IMG/VR virus record: IMGVR_UViG_3300046318_000318
DNA length: 64,000 nucleotides
From: a virus
Lineage: Duplodnaviria; Caudoviricetes
Reading direction: 5' to 3' (one strand)
The notes below the pieces were generated by a model. It saw only the letters and a list, made by a program, of their open reading frames with translations, had not been told where the DNA came from and searched no databases. Made by a program: the position numbers and the translations under genes. Shown one piece after another: positions 19,701 through 29,169 of this stretch. Within the stretch, counting starts at the first letter, position 1. Each line of letters begins with the position of its first letter.

Positions 19701-22700
19701 TGTTATATCAGCAAGTGATCTGGCTAAGGGTTTAGTAGACAGACATGGACATCCTATCAAAACCATGTTTAAGAGCATGTTTGGTATGGCTGCTTCTACT
19801 ATCAAACTTGGTGCTAAGGTAGTAGGCGCTGTGGCGTCTGGTGCTTGGAAACTGGCTACTAAGGGTATTAAAGGCTTTAGAGATGGCGAATTTGGAATAG
19901 GTTTCGGTAACACTAAGATCTTCAACGTACTTGTAGAGATCAGAGATCTACTTAAAGGTCCTGTCTCTAAAAGTAAAAAGAAGAAAAAGAATGGTAAGAA
20001 CGAACCCATTGCTAAAGCTGAAGAAGTCAAACAAGATAACGACGACGCTTTTAAAGAACTTAAAGATATCTTTAAGTCAAGTCCACAAGGGCAAAGTCTT
20101 TTAAAGTTCGCTTCTATATTCGATCCCAGACTGAGCGACGATAATGAATCCACTGCTGATGGTGATAAGCCTAAGAAGAAAGGATTCTTTGCATCTATGC
20201 TAGACAGGATAGATGCTGCTTCTGACGCTCATGACGAACGTGTAAAGAAGTTCAAAGAAGGTCTTGATCAAAATAAAAAAGAAAACTTTGTCGGTCCTAT
20301 GCCTGAGAAGAAAGGTTTGTTTTCAAAGCTATCTTCATACGCTAAAAAGACTAAAGATAAACATGACGAACGTTTGCAGACTCTAGCAGATCAATACAAT
20401 CAGATAAAGAATGGTGGGTTTGTAGGACCCATGCCTCAGAAATCTGATGGAAAAAAAGGTCTCATGGGTAATGTATTCTCTACAGTCAAGAAACAATACG
20501 AAAAACTAAACCCAGCTTTTGTCGGCCCTATGCCACAAAAACAAGAACAGAAATCCATGTTCAAGAGAGCTGGTGAGTATATCAAGAAAGCCTCAGACGA
20601 ACAAAAAGCCAGGATGGTTGTTTTAGCTGAACAGCATGAACAGCTTAAAAATGGTGGTTTCGTCGGCCCTATGCCTAAGAAGAAGAAAGGATTCTTCAGA
20701 ACTGTCATAGGTGATATGGCCAGTGACTTTAAAGAAAATCGCAAAGCTATAAAAGAACACGCTCAGCAACAAGCTGAAAAGAATAAAGAGTCTAAACCTT
20801 CTATACAAGAATCTTCAGAACAGAACACCCCGGACGGTGAAAAGAAACCAGGTTTGTTTTCTAGAGTGAAGAACGGTATAATGGGTAAGCTTGCTGGTAA
20901 GCCAAAGGCTACTATCAAGATGCCTGGTAAAGCTGATAAAGGCACTACTGCTGAACGGTTAGCTAGAATAGCTGCCAAGAAAAAAGAAAAAGCCGGTAAG
21001 TTCAATGACGCGGATGGTGACGGAAGACGCTCTGGTTCCTGGATGGATATATTCGACAGGAATAAAGATAAAACTTCTCAACAGAATCCTGCAGCTAAGG
21101 GTAAGACCAACGCAGATCCAGACATGACTGTTAAGTACAAAGACGGTAATGGACTTGGGTCTATAATGAGTAAACTCATGGGTGTCTTGTCTGGAGCTGG
21201 GTCTTTGATATCAGGCGCTTTCTCTATTTTCGGTACTATAGGTAAACTGGGTAAAGGTTTAATGACCATGGGTAGAGCATTACCTTTAGCTAAGACTGCC
21301 ATGACTGCATTAAGAGCAGCTCCAGCTATAGCCAGTGTAGTAGCAGCTGGTACCATGGGTGGCGGCTTAGCTACTGGTCTTGCTGTTGTGGCTGGAGTGG
21401 GTAGCTTCTTAGTAGGAGCAGCCCCTTACCTTTTAGCAGCTGGTATAGGTTATGGTGCCTACAAAGGTGTTAAATACTTAATGAGGAACAACCTCAACAA
21501 GTATGAAAAATACAGAGCTTATCAGTACGGTTTTAGTAACTCTTCTGGTGATAGTCAACACCATCACAAAGTCATAGAGCTTGAAAATCTTATCATAGAG
21601 AAACATTTAGCTGTCTCTAACGGCGATCCTAAGATAGCTTCTTCTTTGGATTGGAAAGATGTTTCTAATATCTTCGGTGTGAACATAGAAGACAAAGAAC
21701 AATTCGATAAACTGAAAACTTGGTTTAAAGATCGTTTCAGAGTATTCTTTATCAACCACCTTAGAGTTTTATACAACATAGACAAGAATGCTTCCTTAAA
21801 CAAGGTAGACAAGCTTGAGCCTAGTAACAGAAAGCGCTATCTTGAACTCTCTAGTTTTGATGACGGTCCGCATGATGTAAAGACAAGTCCTGTTAAGGAT
21901 GTGCCTGAGTTGAGCGATAACCGTGAGATCATCAAAATAGAAATTAAGAACCTACTCGCTTCTACAGCTGTAGATATTAAATTAGAACCCACTAAAGTAA
22001 TTGATTCTTCAGGTAAGGTGAAAAGAGAAAAAGCTCCTTCATTAGAACCTAAGAAAGAAGACAAAGATCTGATTAAACCACCAGCTGCTAAAACCCAAAA
22101 CACAAAAGCTGTAGAGGGAACAGAAGATGGTAAAACAGAACCTAAAACCACTAATACAGATAGTACAGGTTCTTTAGGTGGTATGAAGACACCTGGTCTG
22201 GCTAATGGCCCTATGAGGGATGGTAGCACAGGTATGCAATTCATCTCACTGAAGCCAGGTGTGGATATAGAAAATCTACATCCAGAAGTTCGTAAGAACC
22301 TTTTGGCTATGGCTCAGGAATACGGTGAGATAACAGGTAAGTCTATATCTCTAAACGATGCGTTTAGATCTTACGAGAAACAAGCTGAAATACACAGAAG
22401 ATCACCTGGTACATCAGCAGCACCTGGTAAGTCTTTACATGAATTTGGTTTAGCCATGGATGCCGACAGAGGCATTATGAATGAACTAGATAAGTTAGGA
22501 CTCATGAAGAAATATGGTTTCACTCGTCCTGTGGGTAGTGAACCATGGCACTTTGAACCAGCTGGTATACAAATGGCTCTGATGGAATCTAAAAAGAATC
22601 CAGCAGTAGCAGCAGATCTTATTAATTACGGTGTGGGTAGAGGCGGTGGTGGTTACGGCACCATTATGCAAGGTGGTCTAAAAGGTCGTAATCACGCAAT

Positions 22701-23991
22701 GGCTAAAGCATTATTAGACGCTACTGCCAACGGAACTATCAATAATCAGTTAACTGAAGAAGACGTCAACTTAGCTGGTAAAGCTATGTCTGATAAACCT
22801 TTAGATAAACCAGCTGCTAAGACTGAGGAAATATCTATAGGCGGAGCATCTTCATTTGACGCTATGGGTAACTTTACAGGCATGGATGATGGGTCGACTA
22901 TCAAAGCTGCTAAAGCTCCTGCATCTTCTGTTCTCAGAACAAATGCGAGCAATAGCACTTACGATGCCTTGGGTAATGTTACTGGTAGTGAAGATGGTAA
23001 GATACCGCAGACAGATACTGTCAGCAAGACAGATGTGCCTCTAGATATAAACGCAGCTATGCAAAAAGCCGCATCGCAAACAGGTGTGGATCTTAATCTG
23101 CTTAAAACCTTTGCTACTTTGGAATCTAACATGAATCCAAATGCAAAGAATCCAAACTCTTCGGCTACTGGACTATTCCAGTTTACCAAAGGTACTTGGA
23201 TGGAGCAGATAAAGAAATATGGTAGAAAATACAACTTGGGTCAGGATGCCTCTCCAACAGATCCTTTGTCAGCTAGTTTAATGGCTGGTGAATATATCAA
23301 AACTAACCTAGATACTCTATCTAAAGTAAAACCTAATCCAGATGACTTAGATTTGTATCTGGCACATTTCTTAGGACCAGCAGGGGCTTCTAAGTTTCTG
23401 TCTGCTCATCCTAACGTACCAGGTTCTCAATTGTTCCCAGCTGCTGCCAGTTCAAATAAAGAAATTTTCTTTGATGGTAGAAGACCAAGAACACTGGCTG
23501 AGATATACGAACTGTTTAAGAAGAAGGTTAGTAAAGCCGGCGGTAAAGCTTTGGGTGCATTAAAAGCCAAGGTTGATTCTGTTACAGGTTCTACCCCATC
23601 TGCTACGACAACTTCTGCTAAACCAAGTACAGAGAGTGCAAACTCTTCTTCTGGTATACAAAATGCTTCTTATCAGGATGTGCCTCAGAAGAAATCTTTT
23701 ACAACTTTCCAACAGGCTCCTGACTTACAATCAGCTGGTAAAGCCAGCTCTGAGCTTGGTAGAAATACCATGCCGGATCTTAATATTGTGAATAATAGCT
23801 TAGGTGAATCACTGAGTGTGCAAAAGCAAATGCTGGATGTACTCAGTAAGATACATGGATTAATTTCCAATAAAGGCAGTGGTGGTAAATCAGATTCTGA
23901 TTCTGAAACTCCTGCGGCTCGTCCGTTGGGTAACAGTAAGAAAGAATCTCTTCCTAACCCTGCTTTAGATTTGAGAAGAAGATCCGCATAA
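16747..23991 (+). CDS. Large tail muralytic / tape-measure-type protein (phiKZ gp181-like, 2414 aa) with internal S74-like domain, M15-like peptidase and SLT-type lytic transglycosylase
   Basis: SLT motif TFATLESNMNPNAKN...SATGLFQF...LYLAHFLG (E at 23122); M15 motif FRSYEKQ...PGKSLHEFGLAMD...EPWH; divergent from the vRNAP genes as in phiKZ. Confidence 0.82.
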   Translation: MAKNVKKKLQRDEFDLDNDLDFDDFGMDDISSEMSPESSNSKSRSPVTEVFKGTISGAAGEVVRPEFLAKTLEGALPETFSTSFSTADKVIDKTSKLYDDTIRELKPQLNNLGRKIDKLVPQEEGFLRRMTDKFLEMTGGKDQISNSSSEGQLEQSINSTIAGVFAANQEAQIQMSARSNAQENVREGVAKKRFDSEIGVLGGIHDNIARLTSYNDTVTQAYQKKSLELQLRSFFAQKELLDFTRKYQEVSTKQFEVISKNTALPEFVKIHQSERFKEELQNRAVSKITNKLFGDNSFVDNFFKRLTPYIGEKVSEIAQGIEQGAGAIDMIGMGVETNRSMGGSAASFFGESIGSMGAGYIRDLLTPELRKEIEKEFPDLKMTGQKWANLIKNPHELLKKFRKSDWLQGGLSSDNIVKRLAAETLSDMSHMGDNEGLKDSISARKIYAGDVPGVEQHTNSKMFVSVTEIIPGYLARMYRELKIANGGGETTPLTVFDEKAGEFKTEDKLKSDVLANLEKTAKDSSTSFNRKLKDVTSAILGNESTPEEQEQTNKFLAGFTFENSSDTSMQAMFDSKSFKDLPSKIREKLTEKLFHKLGAEANPEREGNKGRMMKDLEELRSMAPNIQGTINDHLMANQTSAFNELGIVKMDSGGKWSLDSDKYKDWLLKQAESERLGTSDINAKTNITNFNGVQLPGHNGKSVLESLSKTGIFNWNYKKGLGEDTENAKIGPMAQEVKANFGNAAAPDGKKIDLVSMNGIAMAAIKELDGKVSKVIDNKPENVDDILEMAKVQTDYLKQISENTKLTNEKMDNLGKLTLLNIPGITINRNFFKSIGSSFMSAGKLIKDMTIGTGRFGLKLTGGILGAGLKGAGSVVGGLYKNKDKIDSGIRTVGRLGRDLITNVGDMAYKGAERLGGSVFKMAASLVRGTVNLFIDTDIYIKGELAPRIKKILVESGEYYDKQSGTVIKKFSDIKGDIVDKSGNIVISASDLAKGLVDRHGHPIKTMFKSMFGMAASTIKLGAKVVGAVASGAWKLATKGIKGFRDGEFGIGFGNTKIFNVLVEIRDLLKGPVSKSKKKKKNGKNEPIAKAEEVKQDNDDAFKELKDIFKSSPQGQSLLKFASIFDPRLSDDNESTADGDKPKKKGFFASMLDRIDAASDAHDERVKKFKEGLDQNKKENFVGPMPEKKGLFSKLSSYAKKTKDKHDERLQTLADQYNQIKNGGFVGPMPQKSDGKKGLMGNVFSTVKKQYEKLNPAFVGPMPQKQEQKSMFKRAGEYIKKASDEQKARMVVLAEQHEQLKNGGFVGPMPKKKKGFFRTVIGDMASDFKENRKAIKEHAQQQAEKNKESKPSIQESSEQNTPDGEKKPGLFSRVKNGIMGKLAGKPKATIKMPGKADKGTTAERLARIAAKKKEKAGKFNDADGDGRRSGSWMDIFDRNKDKTSQQNPAAKGKTNADPDMTVKYKDGNGLGSIMSKLMGVLSGAGSLISGAFSIFGTIGKLGKGLMTMGRALPLAKTAMTALRAAPAIASVVAAGTMGGGLATGLAVVAGVGSFLVGAAPYLLAAGIGYGAYKGVKYLMRNNLNKYEKYRAYQYGFSNSSGDSQHHHKVIELENLIIEKHLAVSNGDPKIASSLDWKDVSNIFGVNIEDKEQFDKLKTWFKDRFRVFFINHLRVLYNIDKNASLNKVDKLEPSNRKRYLELSSFDDGPHDVKTSPVKDVPELSDNREIIKIEIKNLLASTAVDIKLEPTKVIDSSGKVKREKAPSLEPKKEDKDLIKPPAAKTQNTKAVEGTEDGKTEPKTTNTDSTGSLGGMKTPGLANGPMRDGSTGMQFISLKPGVDIENLHPEVRKNLLAMAQEYGEITGKSISLNDAFRSYEKQAEIHRRSPGTSAAPGKSLHEFGLAMDADRGIMNELDKLGLMKKYGFTRPVGSEPWHFEPAGIQMALMESKKNPAVAADLINYGVGRGGGGYGTIMQGGLKGRNHAMAKALLDATANGTINNQLTEEDVNLAGKAMSDKPLDKPAAKTEEISIGGASSFDAMGNFTGMDDGSTIKAAKAPASSVLRTNASNSTYDALGNVTGSEDGKIPQTDTVSKTDVPLDINAAMQKAASQTGVDLNLLKTFATLESNMNPNAKNPNSSATGLFQFTKGTWMEQIKKYGRKYNLGQDASPTDPLSASLMAGEYIKTNLDTLSKVKPNPDDLDLYLAHFLGPAGASKFLSAHPNVPGSQLFPAAASSNKEIFFDGRRPRTLAEIYELFKKKVSKAGGKALGALKAKVDSVTGSTPSATTTSAKPSTESANSSSGIQNASYQDVPQKKSFTTFQQAPDLQSAGKASSELGRNTMPDLNIVNNSLGESLSVQKQMLDVLSKIHGLISNKGSGGKSDSDSETPAARPLGNSKKESLPNPALDLRRRSA
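20287..20676 (+). repeat. Four FVGPMP peptide repeats in the gp181-like protein
   Basis: Copies start at 20287, 20419, 20518 and 20659. Confidence 0.8.
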
Positions 23992-24050
23992 ACCACAGAT
24001 AGACAGGCTCCAACGAGCCTGTCTATCTATTTCCGAGAAGGTGTAGCCTC

Positions 24051-26219
24051 ATGGCCGATTTAAACAACATAGACCCCACCATAGCTGAAACTCCAGATGG
24101 CGGAAGTATATTCCCTATTACCAAGACGGATAAAGATGAGTTTGCACAAATAGACGATAAGGATTGGGTCAAACAAGCTTTTCTTATCTCAGATATAAAC
24201 CTAGATGAGAGCTTTGACAGAGCTAATAGGTATTTCACATCAGCATCTATGAAGTTCACCAGCACCAAACTGGGTAACAACATAGGTATCAATGCAAGAC
24301 CAGGGTTTACACCTTATGCTGATATCAGACAGGGTAGAAAGAACTCTGTATTTAGACCACCTACTGTAGGTTCTATATCTAACTGTGGTTTAGGTAGATA
24401 CTATTCAGAAGCTATAGATGATCCATCACAGATGATCTTTATTAGATTCGGAGTACCTCAGTTTAATGGATTGTTAAACTTCTTTGCCAGAGCTTATGAT
24501 GCTAACATGACCACGTTAGCTAAAACAGGCAGAGGCTTAGGGTTCTTCTATAACCTAGGTGACTTTGCAGGCACAGCTGTAGGTACTGTGTTTATGCCTC
24601 AGTTGGCTGTTTTGTCATTCTTAAATGGAACTATAGAGACTTTGTTTGGTAGACCCACCACAAAGTTCTATACTCTAAAACCAACCATGCACACATATTG
24701 GTCAGCTGTAAACACACTTGTGAACAGTCTGGCTGTAAACAGAGGTATAATGCCTAAGATGCTTTCTGATGATAAAAATCAGAAGTTAGGTGGTCAGCCT
24801 TTTAGATTAGATACTGAATACTTAGAAGAGATCAAGAAGTTAATGCCGGATCTCTTTACAGGCACTGGAGAGAACGCTAACTATATTGACGTATTCGCCA
24901 TAGCTTCAAAAGCTCAAAGAACAGCTAACAATGTGTTCATGGCCGAATACGACGCCAGTAAGAACAGTGATGACTACAACAGCCATATAGGTTTTTTAAA
25001 GAAGAGATCCGATATTCTTAGAACAGATATGGTTAACCCAGGTGGTATATCTACGTTCTTCAATTGGGTCAACGAGAAGTTAATGGCGCATAGCTATTAT
25101 AAAGCTGGTGTGGATAAAGGTAAGAACTCAGTAGGTGAAGAAACCACTTTGCTGAAAACAGAACAAACTGAATTAGATCCTAGGATAGATACAAGTGATC
25201 AAAAAGGCGGTCAGCTTAAAGAAGCACCTGCTGGGTTCGCTGAATACTTCGATGCTGAGTTTCGCCAAGGTTCTCAGTTTGCTGTATTTAGAGTAGATAG
25301 CACAGGTTCTGTATCTGAGTCTTTCTCTAACGTAACTACAGAGTCAGAACTTTCACAGAAGTTAAATAGCACAGCTTCTCAGATTCGGGATGTTCGATTC
25401 TCATTAGCTGATGGTAACCTAATAGACAATACGCTTACTAACGCAGTCGGTAAGGTAGTGGGAGCAGCTGCTGACTTTGCCATGGGTGCTGTGAGCGGTG
25501 TCACGTTTGGTATCTCTGATCTGATCATGGGTTTAGCTAATGCTGGATATATAGACATACCTAAACATTGGCAAAACTCTAACGCTAAATTACCCACAGC
25601 TTCTTACAAAATGAAACTGGTGAGTCCTTACGGTAACGTGATGTCTCAGTTTCAGAATATGTACATACCTCTCTGCATGCTGTTAGCAGGTACTTTGCCT
25701 TTATCAGCAGGTAGATCAGCATATGGCAGTCCTTTGATCTGTCAAGTATTTGACAGAGGTCGTTGTCAGATCAAACTAGGTATTATAGAATCCCTCTCTA
25801 TCACAAGAGGTACAACCAATCTTCCATTTAACACCACAGGTAATGCCTTAGGTATAGATGTCAGCTTTACCATAGCTGATCTGTCTTCTATCATGCACAT
25901 GCCTTTGACCTCATCTGGTATCTTCGGTAACAAGATAGAGATGACGTTGGATGAAGACAATATCTTATCTGACTATCTGGCTGTGTTAGCTGGACAGGAC
26001 ATATACAGTCAAATCTTTGCTTTACCTAAAGCTAAGCTAAGATTGGCTAAGAAATTATTGACTTTAAACAGACTTACTTCACCAGCTGAGTGGGCATCTA
26101 TAGCTCATGAAACTTTAACATCGGGATCTCTATCGTGGACTCTGGTAGGGAACGTGTTAGAAAACTTGGTGGGTAGCTCTGCTATATTGTCAGGTAGTAC
26201 TAACGCAACAAGAGTTTAA
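24051..26219 (+). CDS. Tail/baseplate structural protein (phiKZ gp182-like, 722 aa)
   Basis: Follows the gp181-like gene; recalled conserved segments GRYYSEAIDD and AEFRQGSQFAVFRVD...SVSESFSN. Confidence 0.6.
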   Translation: MADLNNIDPTIAETPDGGSIFPITKTDKDEFAQIDDKDWVKQAFLISDINLDESFDRANRYFTSASMKFTSTKLGNNIGINARPGFTPYADIRQGRKNSVFRPPTVGSISNCGLGRYYSEAIDDPSQMIFIRFGVPQFNGLLNFFARAYDANMTTLAKTGRGLGFFYNLGDFAGTAVGTVFMPQLAVLSFLNGTIETLFGRPTTKFYTLKPTMHTYWSAVNTLVNSLAVNRGIMPKMLSDDKNQKLGGQPFRLDTEYLEEIKKLMPDLFTGTGENANYIDVFAIASKAQRTANNVFMAEYDASKNSDDYNSHIGFLKKRSDILRTDMVNPGGISTFFNWVNEKLMAHSYYKAGVDKGKNSVGEETTLLKTEQTELDPRIDTSDQKGGQLKEAPAGFAEYFDAEFRQGSQFAVFRVDSTGSVSESFSNVTTESELSQKLNSTASQIRDVRFSLADGNLIDNTLTNAVGKVVGAAADFAMGAVSGVTFGISDLIMGLANAGYIDIPKHWQNSNAKLPTASYKMKLVSPYGNVMSQFQNMYIPLCMLLAGTLPLSAGRSAYGSPLICQVFDRGRCQIKLGIIESLSITRGTTNLPFNTTGNALGIDVSFTIADLSSIMHMPLTSSGIFGNKIEMTLDEDNILSDYLAVLAGQDIYSQIFALPKAKLRLAKKLLTLNRLTSPAEWASIAHETLTSGSLSWTLVGNVLENLVGSSAILSGSTNATRV

Positions 26220-26269
26220 AACAAAAAAAAATTAACACCCCCGGCCTGTTATGGCTAGGGGTGTTATTT
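26220..26269. terminator. Repeated bidirectional terminator hairpin (family copy 1)
   Basis: A-run + taacacccccggcc-tgttat-ggctaggggtgtta + T-rich tail; near-identical copies at 39388, 43722 and 61315. Confidence 0.75.
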
Positions 26270-26272
26270 ATA

Positions 26273-26569
26273 TTAAACCAAGTGCATGCGCACTTGGCTT
26301 TCATGTACCTCGGGGAATCCGAGGCTGTCAAGAGATTGTCGAATTGACCAGCCCTGACCAACGCGCCTGGCGTTGGTGCAGTAGAGATCGGCTGCGACAT
26401 CGTCGCAGCCGTCGGCTTTGACGGCTTTACCGAGTAACCCAGTGGTCTTGTCGACCACCAAGTATAGTTTCCCGATCCAGCCGTCTTTGACGGCGAGAGT
26501 TTGAACATTTGCGGCGGGTGCATAATTGCGCTCGCCTTCGTTGCCAAACTGGCAGGTAACTGCGTTCAT
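26273..26569 (-). CDS. Accessory hypothetical protein (98 aa; start corrected to ATG 26569, MNAVTC)
   Basis: AAGGAGATACTC RBS identical to leader copies A and E; visibly more GC-rich than its neighbours. Confidence 0.7.
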   Translation of the reverse strand: MNAVTCQFGNEGERNYAPAANVQTLAVKDGWIGKLYLVVDKTTGLLGKAVKADGCDDVAADLYCTNARRVGQGWSIRQSLDSLGFPEVHESQVRMHLV

Positions 26570-26650
26570 GAGTATCTCCTTAACCATGAGTTCGAAAGAT
26601 GTTTCGATTAAACCACAGCGATAGCTCAAATAGAATATATGTGACTGAAA
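26570..26650 (-). promoter_or_regulatory. Repeated promoter-like motif plus structured leader, copy B
   Basis: TTTCAGTCACATATATTC...GCTATCGCTGTGGTTTAA-TCGAAA(CATC)TTTCGA...GGTTAAGGAG. Confidence 0.7.
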
Positions 26651-26693
26651 AAGTTTACACAGGGGAAACCCTGTGTAAACTTATAATCAGCTT

Positions 26694-27761
26694 TTACCAA
26701 AGATCTTCACTCACTAATCCATCTGCGTCACTATAGAAGTCGTCTGTTCCAGCAGCTTCATAGGCAGAACTTAAAAACACTTGATCTGAATCAGGTATGA
26801 AATCTAAGCTGTCTTCATCGATAGCTATAGCTGTTCTTCTGGCAGTCATGACATCTGAAAGATCTTCGTTATAATCTCCAAACTCAGAGATAGATAACAT
26901 ATCCTCACTTCTGTCAAAACCTTCATCTAACAGCTCAGCCCCACCCATCATCCGATCAGACATTTCAGCCATGTCGAACTCCTTCACACCAGATGGCATT
27001 TTGAAAGATGATAGAGTCATGGATAAAGCACCAGGTAATTCTCTTAAAGGAGATAAGCCTGTAGAACCCGCTATCACGTCTAGGGCACCTAGGCTATTGC
27101 TAGACTTACTAAGCATGCCTAGAAGGCCAGCAGAGGCTCTGGAGAGCATAGGCTTGTTGGTCATGTCTTTAGTAACAGCATTGAACACACCACACATGTT
27201 CATTTTGTAACCGAAGGAAGCCAAAGCCATGACTTTCTTCAACATGCCATTCAAATCTTCATAAGAAGAATTATAAGCACCACCTGTTAGCTTGTTAAGT
27301 ATATCTCCATACTTACCTGCATTACAGCTGTTATTCTTAGTATTGGTTTTCCTACCGTTACAGGAAACACTAGGGTCGTAGGGTTTACCTAACCCTTGCA
27401 TGCTCAGAGGGTCTCTCTTACATTTGTCAGACATCTGTGTAAACACAGACCTGGCTATAGGGTTATCCGGAAAGAGATCCTGTACTCTCTTATCCATCTC
27501 TTTGACATCTAAGAGATTGACATCTTTCATATCAGCTATCAGATCCTTAGTAGCTCTGGTAGCCTCATCGATAGCATCTTCATAGTCGAAAGGTACTTCG
27601 TCCATCATGTCCTGGACAAACTCTTCCAACTCATCACTTATCTCACTGTAATCAGCATCAGGATCGTTACGTATAAACGTATCCTCTATCTCGTCAAGAT
27701 TGGTAATGCTTAGATTGGTTTCTTCTCCTATGATGGAAAAGCGTTTAGAAGATATAGCCAT
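26694..27761 (-). CDS. Conserved phiKZ-like hypothetical protein (355 aa), probably virion-associated
   Basis: Long ORF with GAGAG RBS; acidic ends and a Cys-containing core. Confidence 0.6.
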   Translation of the reverse strand: MAISSKRFSIIGEETNLSITNLDEIEDTFIRNDPDADYSEISDELEEFVQDMMDEVPFDYEDAIDEATRATKDLIADMKDVNLLDVKEMDKRVQDLFPDNPIARSVFTQMSDKCKRDPLSMQGLGKPYDPSVSCNGRKTNTKNNSCNAGKYGDILNKLTGGAYNSSYEDLNGMLKKVMALASFGYKMNMCGVFNAVTKDMTNKPMLSRASAGLLGMLSKSSNSLGALDVIAGSTGLSPLRELPGALSMTLSSFKMPSGVKEFDMAEMSDRMMGGAELLDEGFDRSEDMLSISEFGDYNEDLSDVMTARRTAIAIDEDSLDFIPDSDQVFLSSAYEAAGTDDFYSDADGLVSEDLW

Positions 27762-27803
27762 ATCTAGACTCTCTCTCTGTTAATTCACTATAGGATTGTG
27801 AAC

Positions 27804-27838
27804 AGAAAAAAAGACAGGACCCGAAGGTCCTGTCATTC
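27804..27838 (-). terminator. Intrinsic terminator
   Basis: Minus strand reads gacaggacc-ttcg-ggtcctgtc then T7. Confidence 0.7.
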
Positions 27839-28648
27839 TTATTCAGCAGCTGTAAAAGAAGGAGCTGTTGAAGAGTTATTATCCACAGTAACTTCAGAGA
27901 TAGCGTCCGGCTTCAGTTCCACTGCGTCTAATTTTGTTTCAGCGATTACTGTCTTTAGTTCAGTTGCTGAAGGTTTGATGGGTTTAACACCAGGATTCTT
28001 TGGCATTACGTAATCATAGATGCCAGAACCGTGCTCGTCCAATAGACAAGTGAAATCAGGCTCACGATCTTCCCTCAGAGCTTTGCGAATTTCTTCAGTA
28101 GCCCAAAGCAACCAACCGAAGAAAGGCGGGCGAATGCGCAGACCTGTGTCGTACTCTACTCGATAACAATCGAAGGGTAGATCGGAACGTTTCAACATGG
28201 CTATCAGAGCAGGTTTTGATTTGATACGTTGCCAGTTGCTATCTGCAATGATCGCTCTGAAGTTAACAACCCGTGTAGACTCCATCTTTCTACCGAAACG
28301 TACAGCTGAGATAGGGTTCATACCGCGCAAACGATCATCTCGTTCTTTGCTCTGCATGTAGAACCAAAATGCAGTCATGTTGTCAAAGTAACCAAAGATG
28401 GAATGTGTCAGTTCCAGAGGGCTGTTAAAATCCAATACGGCACCTAGGTCTGTTTCAGCGGCATGCCAGATGTTGATGTGGTCTTTACCATCAGCGATCA
28501 ATGCGTTAACATCTGAGTAAGGGCGCATGAAGTCCACAGTAGGGATGGCGTCATTACTTCTTACTTTCTTGGACCTGGGTGAATTTTGATTCCTGCGTTG
28601 ATTTTTGATAGCCAACAGTTCGTCAAAGAGAGATTTAGCCATGGTCAT
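27839..28648 (-). CDS. Conserved phiKZ-like hypothetical protein (269 aa)
   Basis: ORF in a coupled minus-strand run. Confidence 0.65.
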   Translation of the reverse strand: MTMAKSLFDELLAIKNQRRNQNSPRSKKVRSNDAIPTVDFMRPYSDVNALIADGKDHINIWHAAETDLGAVLDFNSPLELTHSIFGYFDNMTAFWFYMQSKERDDRLRGMNPISAVRFGRKMESTRVVNFRAIIADSNWQRIKSKPALIAMLKRSDLPFDCYRVEYDTGLRIRPPFFGWLLWATEEIRKALREDREPDFTCLLDEHGSGIYDYVMPKNPGVKPIKPSATELKTVIAETKLDAVELKPDAISEVTVDNNSSTAPSFTAAE

Positions 28649-29166
28649 TTACCCTTGAGATATATTTCGTTAAATGTTTTCAGTTCCGTGATGTGTTGTG
28701 ACACCACATAAAACATGATGATGATGGGGTTGGCGTGTAGAAACGCATGTAGGGCTGACAATCCATTTTCAGTATTGCGAAACTTAGTAGGTATGTCAAC
28801 AGTGGAAAGGAAGGCTTCTGGGGAAAGATGACTAACCGATCTCGTGGTCATGACCGCATAAGCAATCATTTCAACAAGTTCTTTATAACCATCTGCTGTA
28901 TCAGTCTTCAAACATTTCAGCTTAAACACAACACCGTCAGCAGCATTGTAGATAAAATCTCTGACTTTAGAATCAGAGTGTATTGTATCAACAAAGTTTG
29001 CCAACCGTGTAGGCATCAGAGCATAGAAAGGTTCAAAGCCTAGACTGAATTCAAAGAACTGATTCAGCACATTCATGGCAGTGTTATCAACTTTTGCTGC
29101 GACAAGTTGCTTCAAGCAAGCATTGTCGACAGCGTCTAGCACCGCTTGTACGTGTGGTTTGTACAT
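28645..29166 (-). CDS. Hypothetical protein (173 aa)
   Basis: 4-nt overlap with the next gene. Confidence 0.65.
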   Translation of the reverse strand: MYKPHVQAVLDAVDNACLKQLVAAKVDNTAMNVLNQFFEFSLGFEPFYALMPTRLANFVDTIHSDSKVRDFIYNAADGVVFKLKCLKTDTADGYKELVEMIAYAVMTTRSVSHLSPEAFLSTVDIPTKFRNTENGLSALHAFLHANPIIIMFYVVSQHITELKTFNEIYLKGK

Positions 29167-29169
29167 AGT

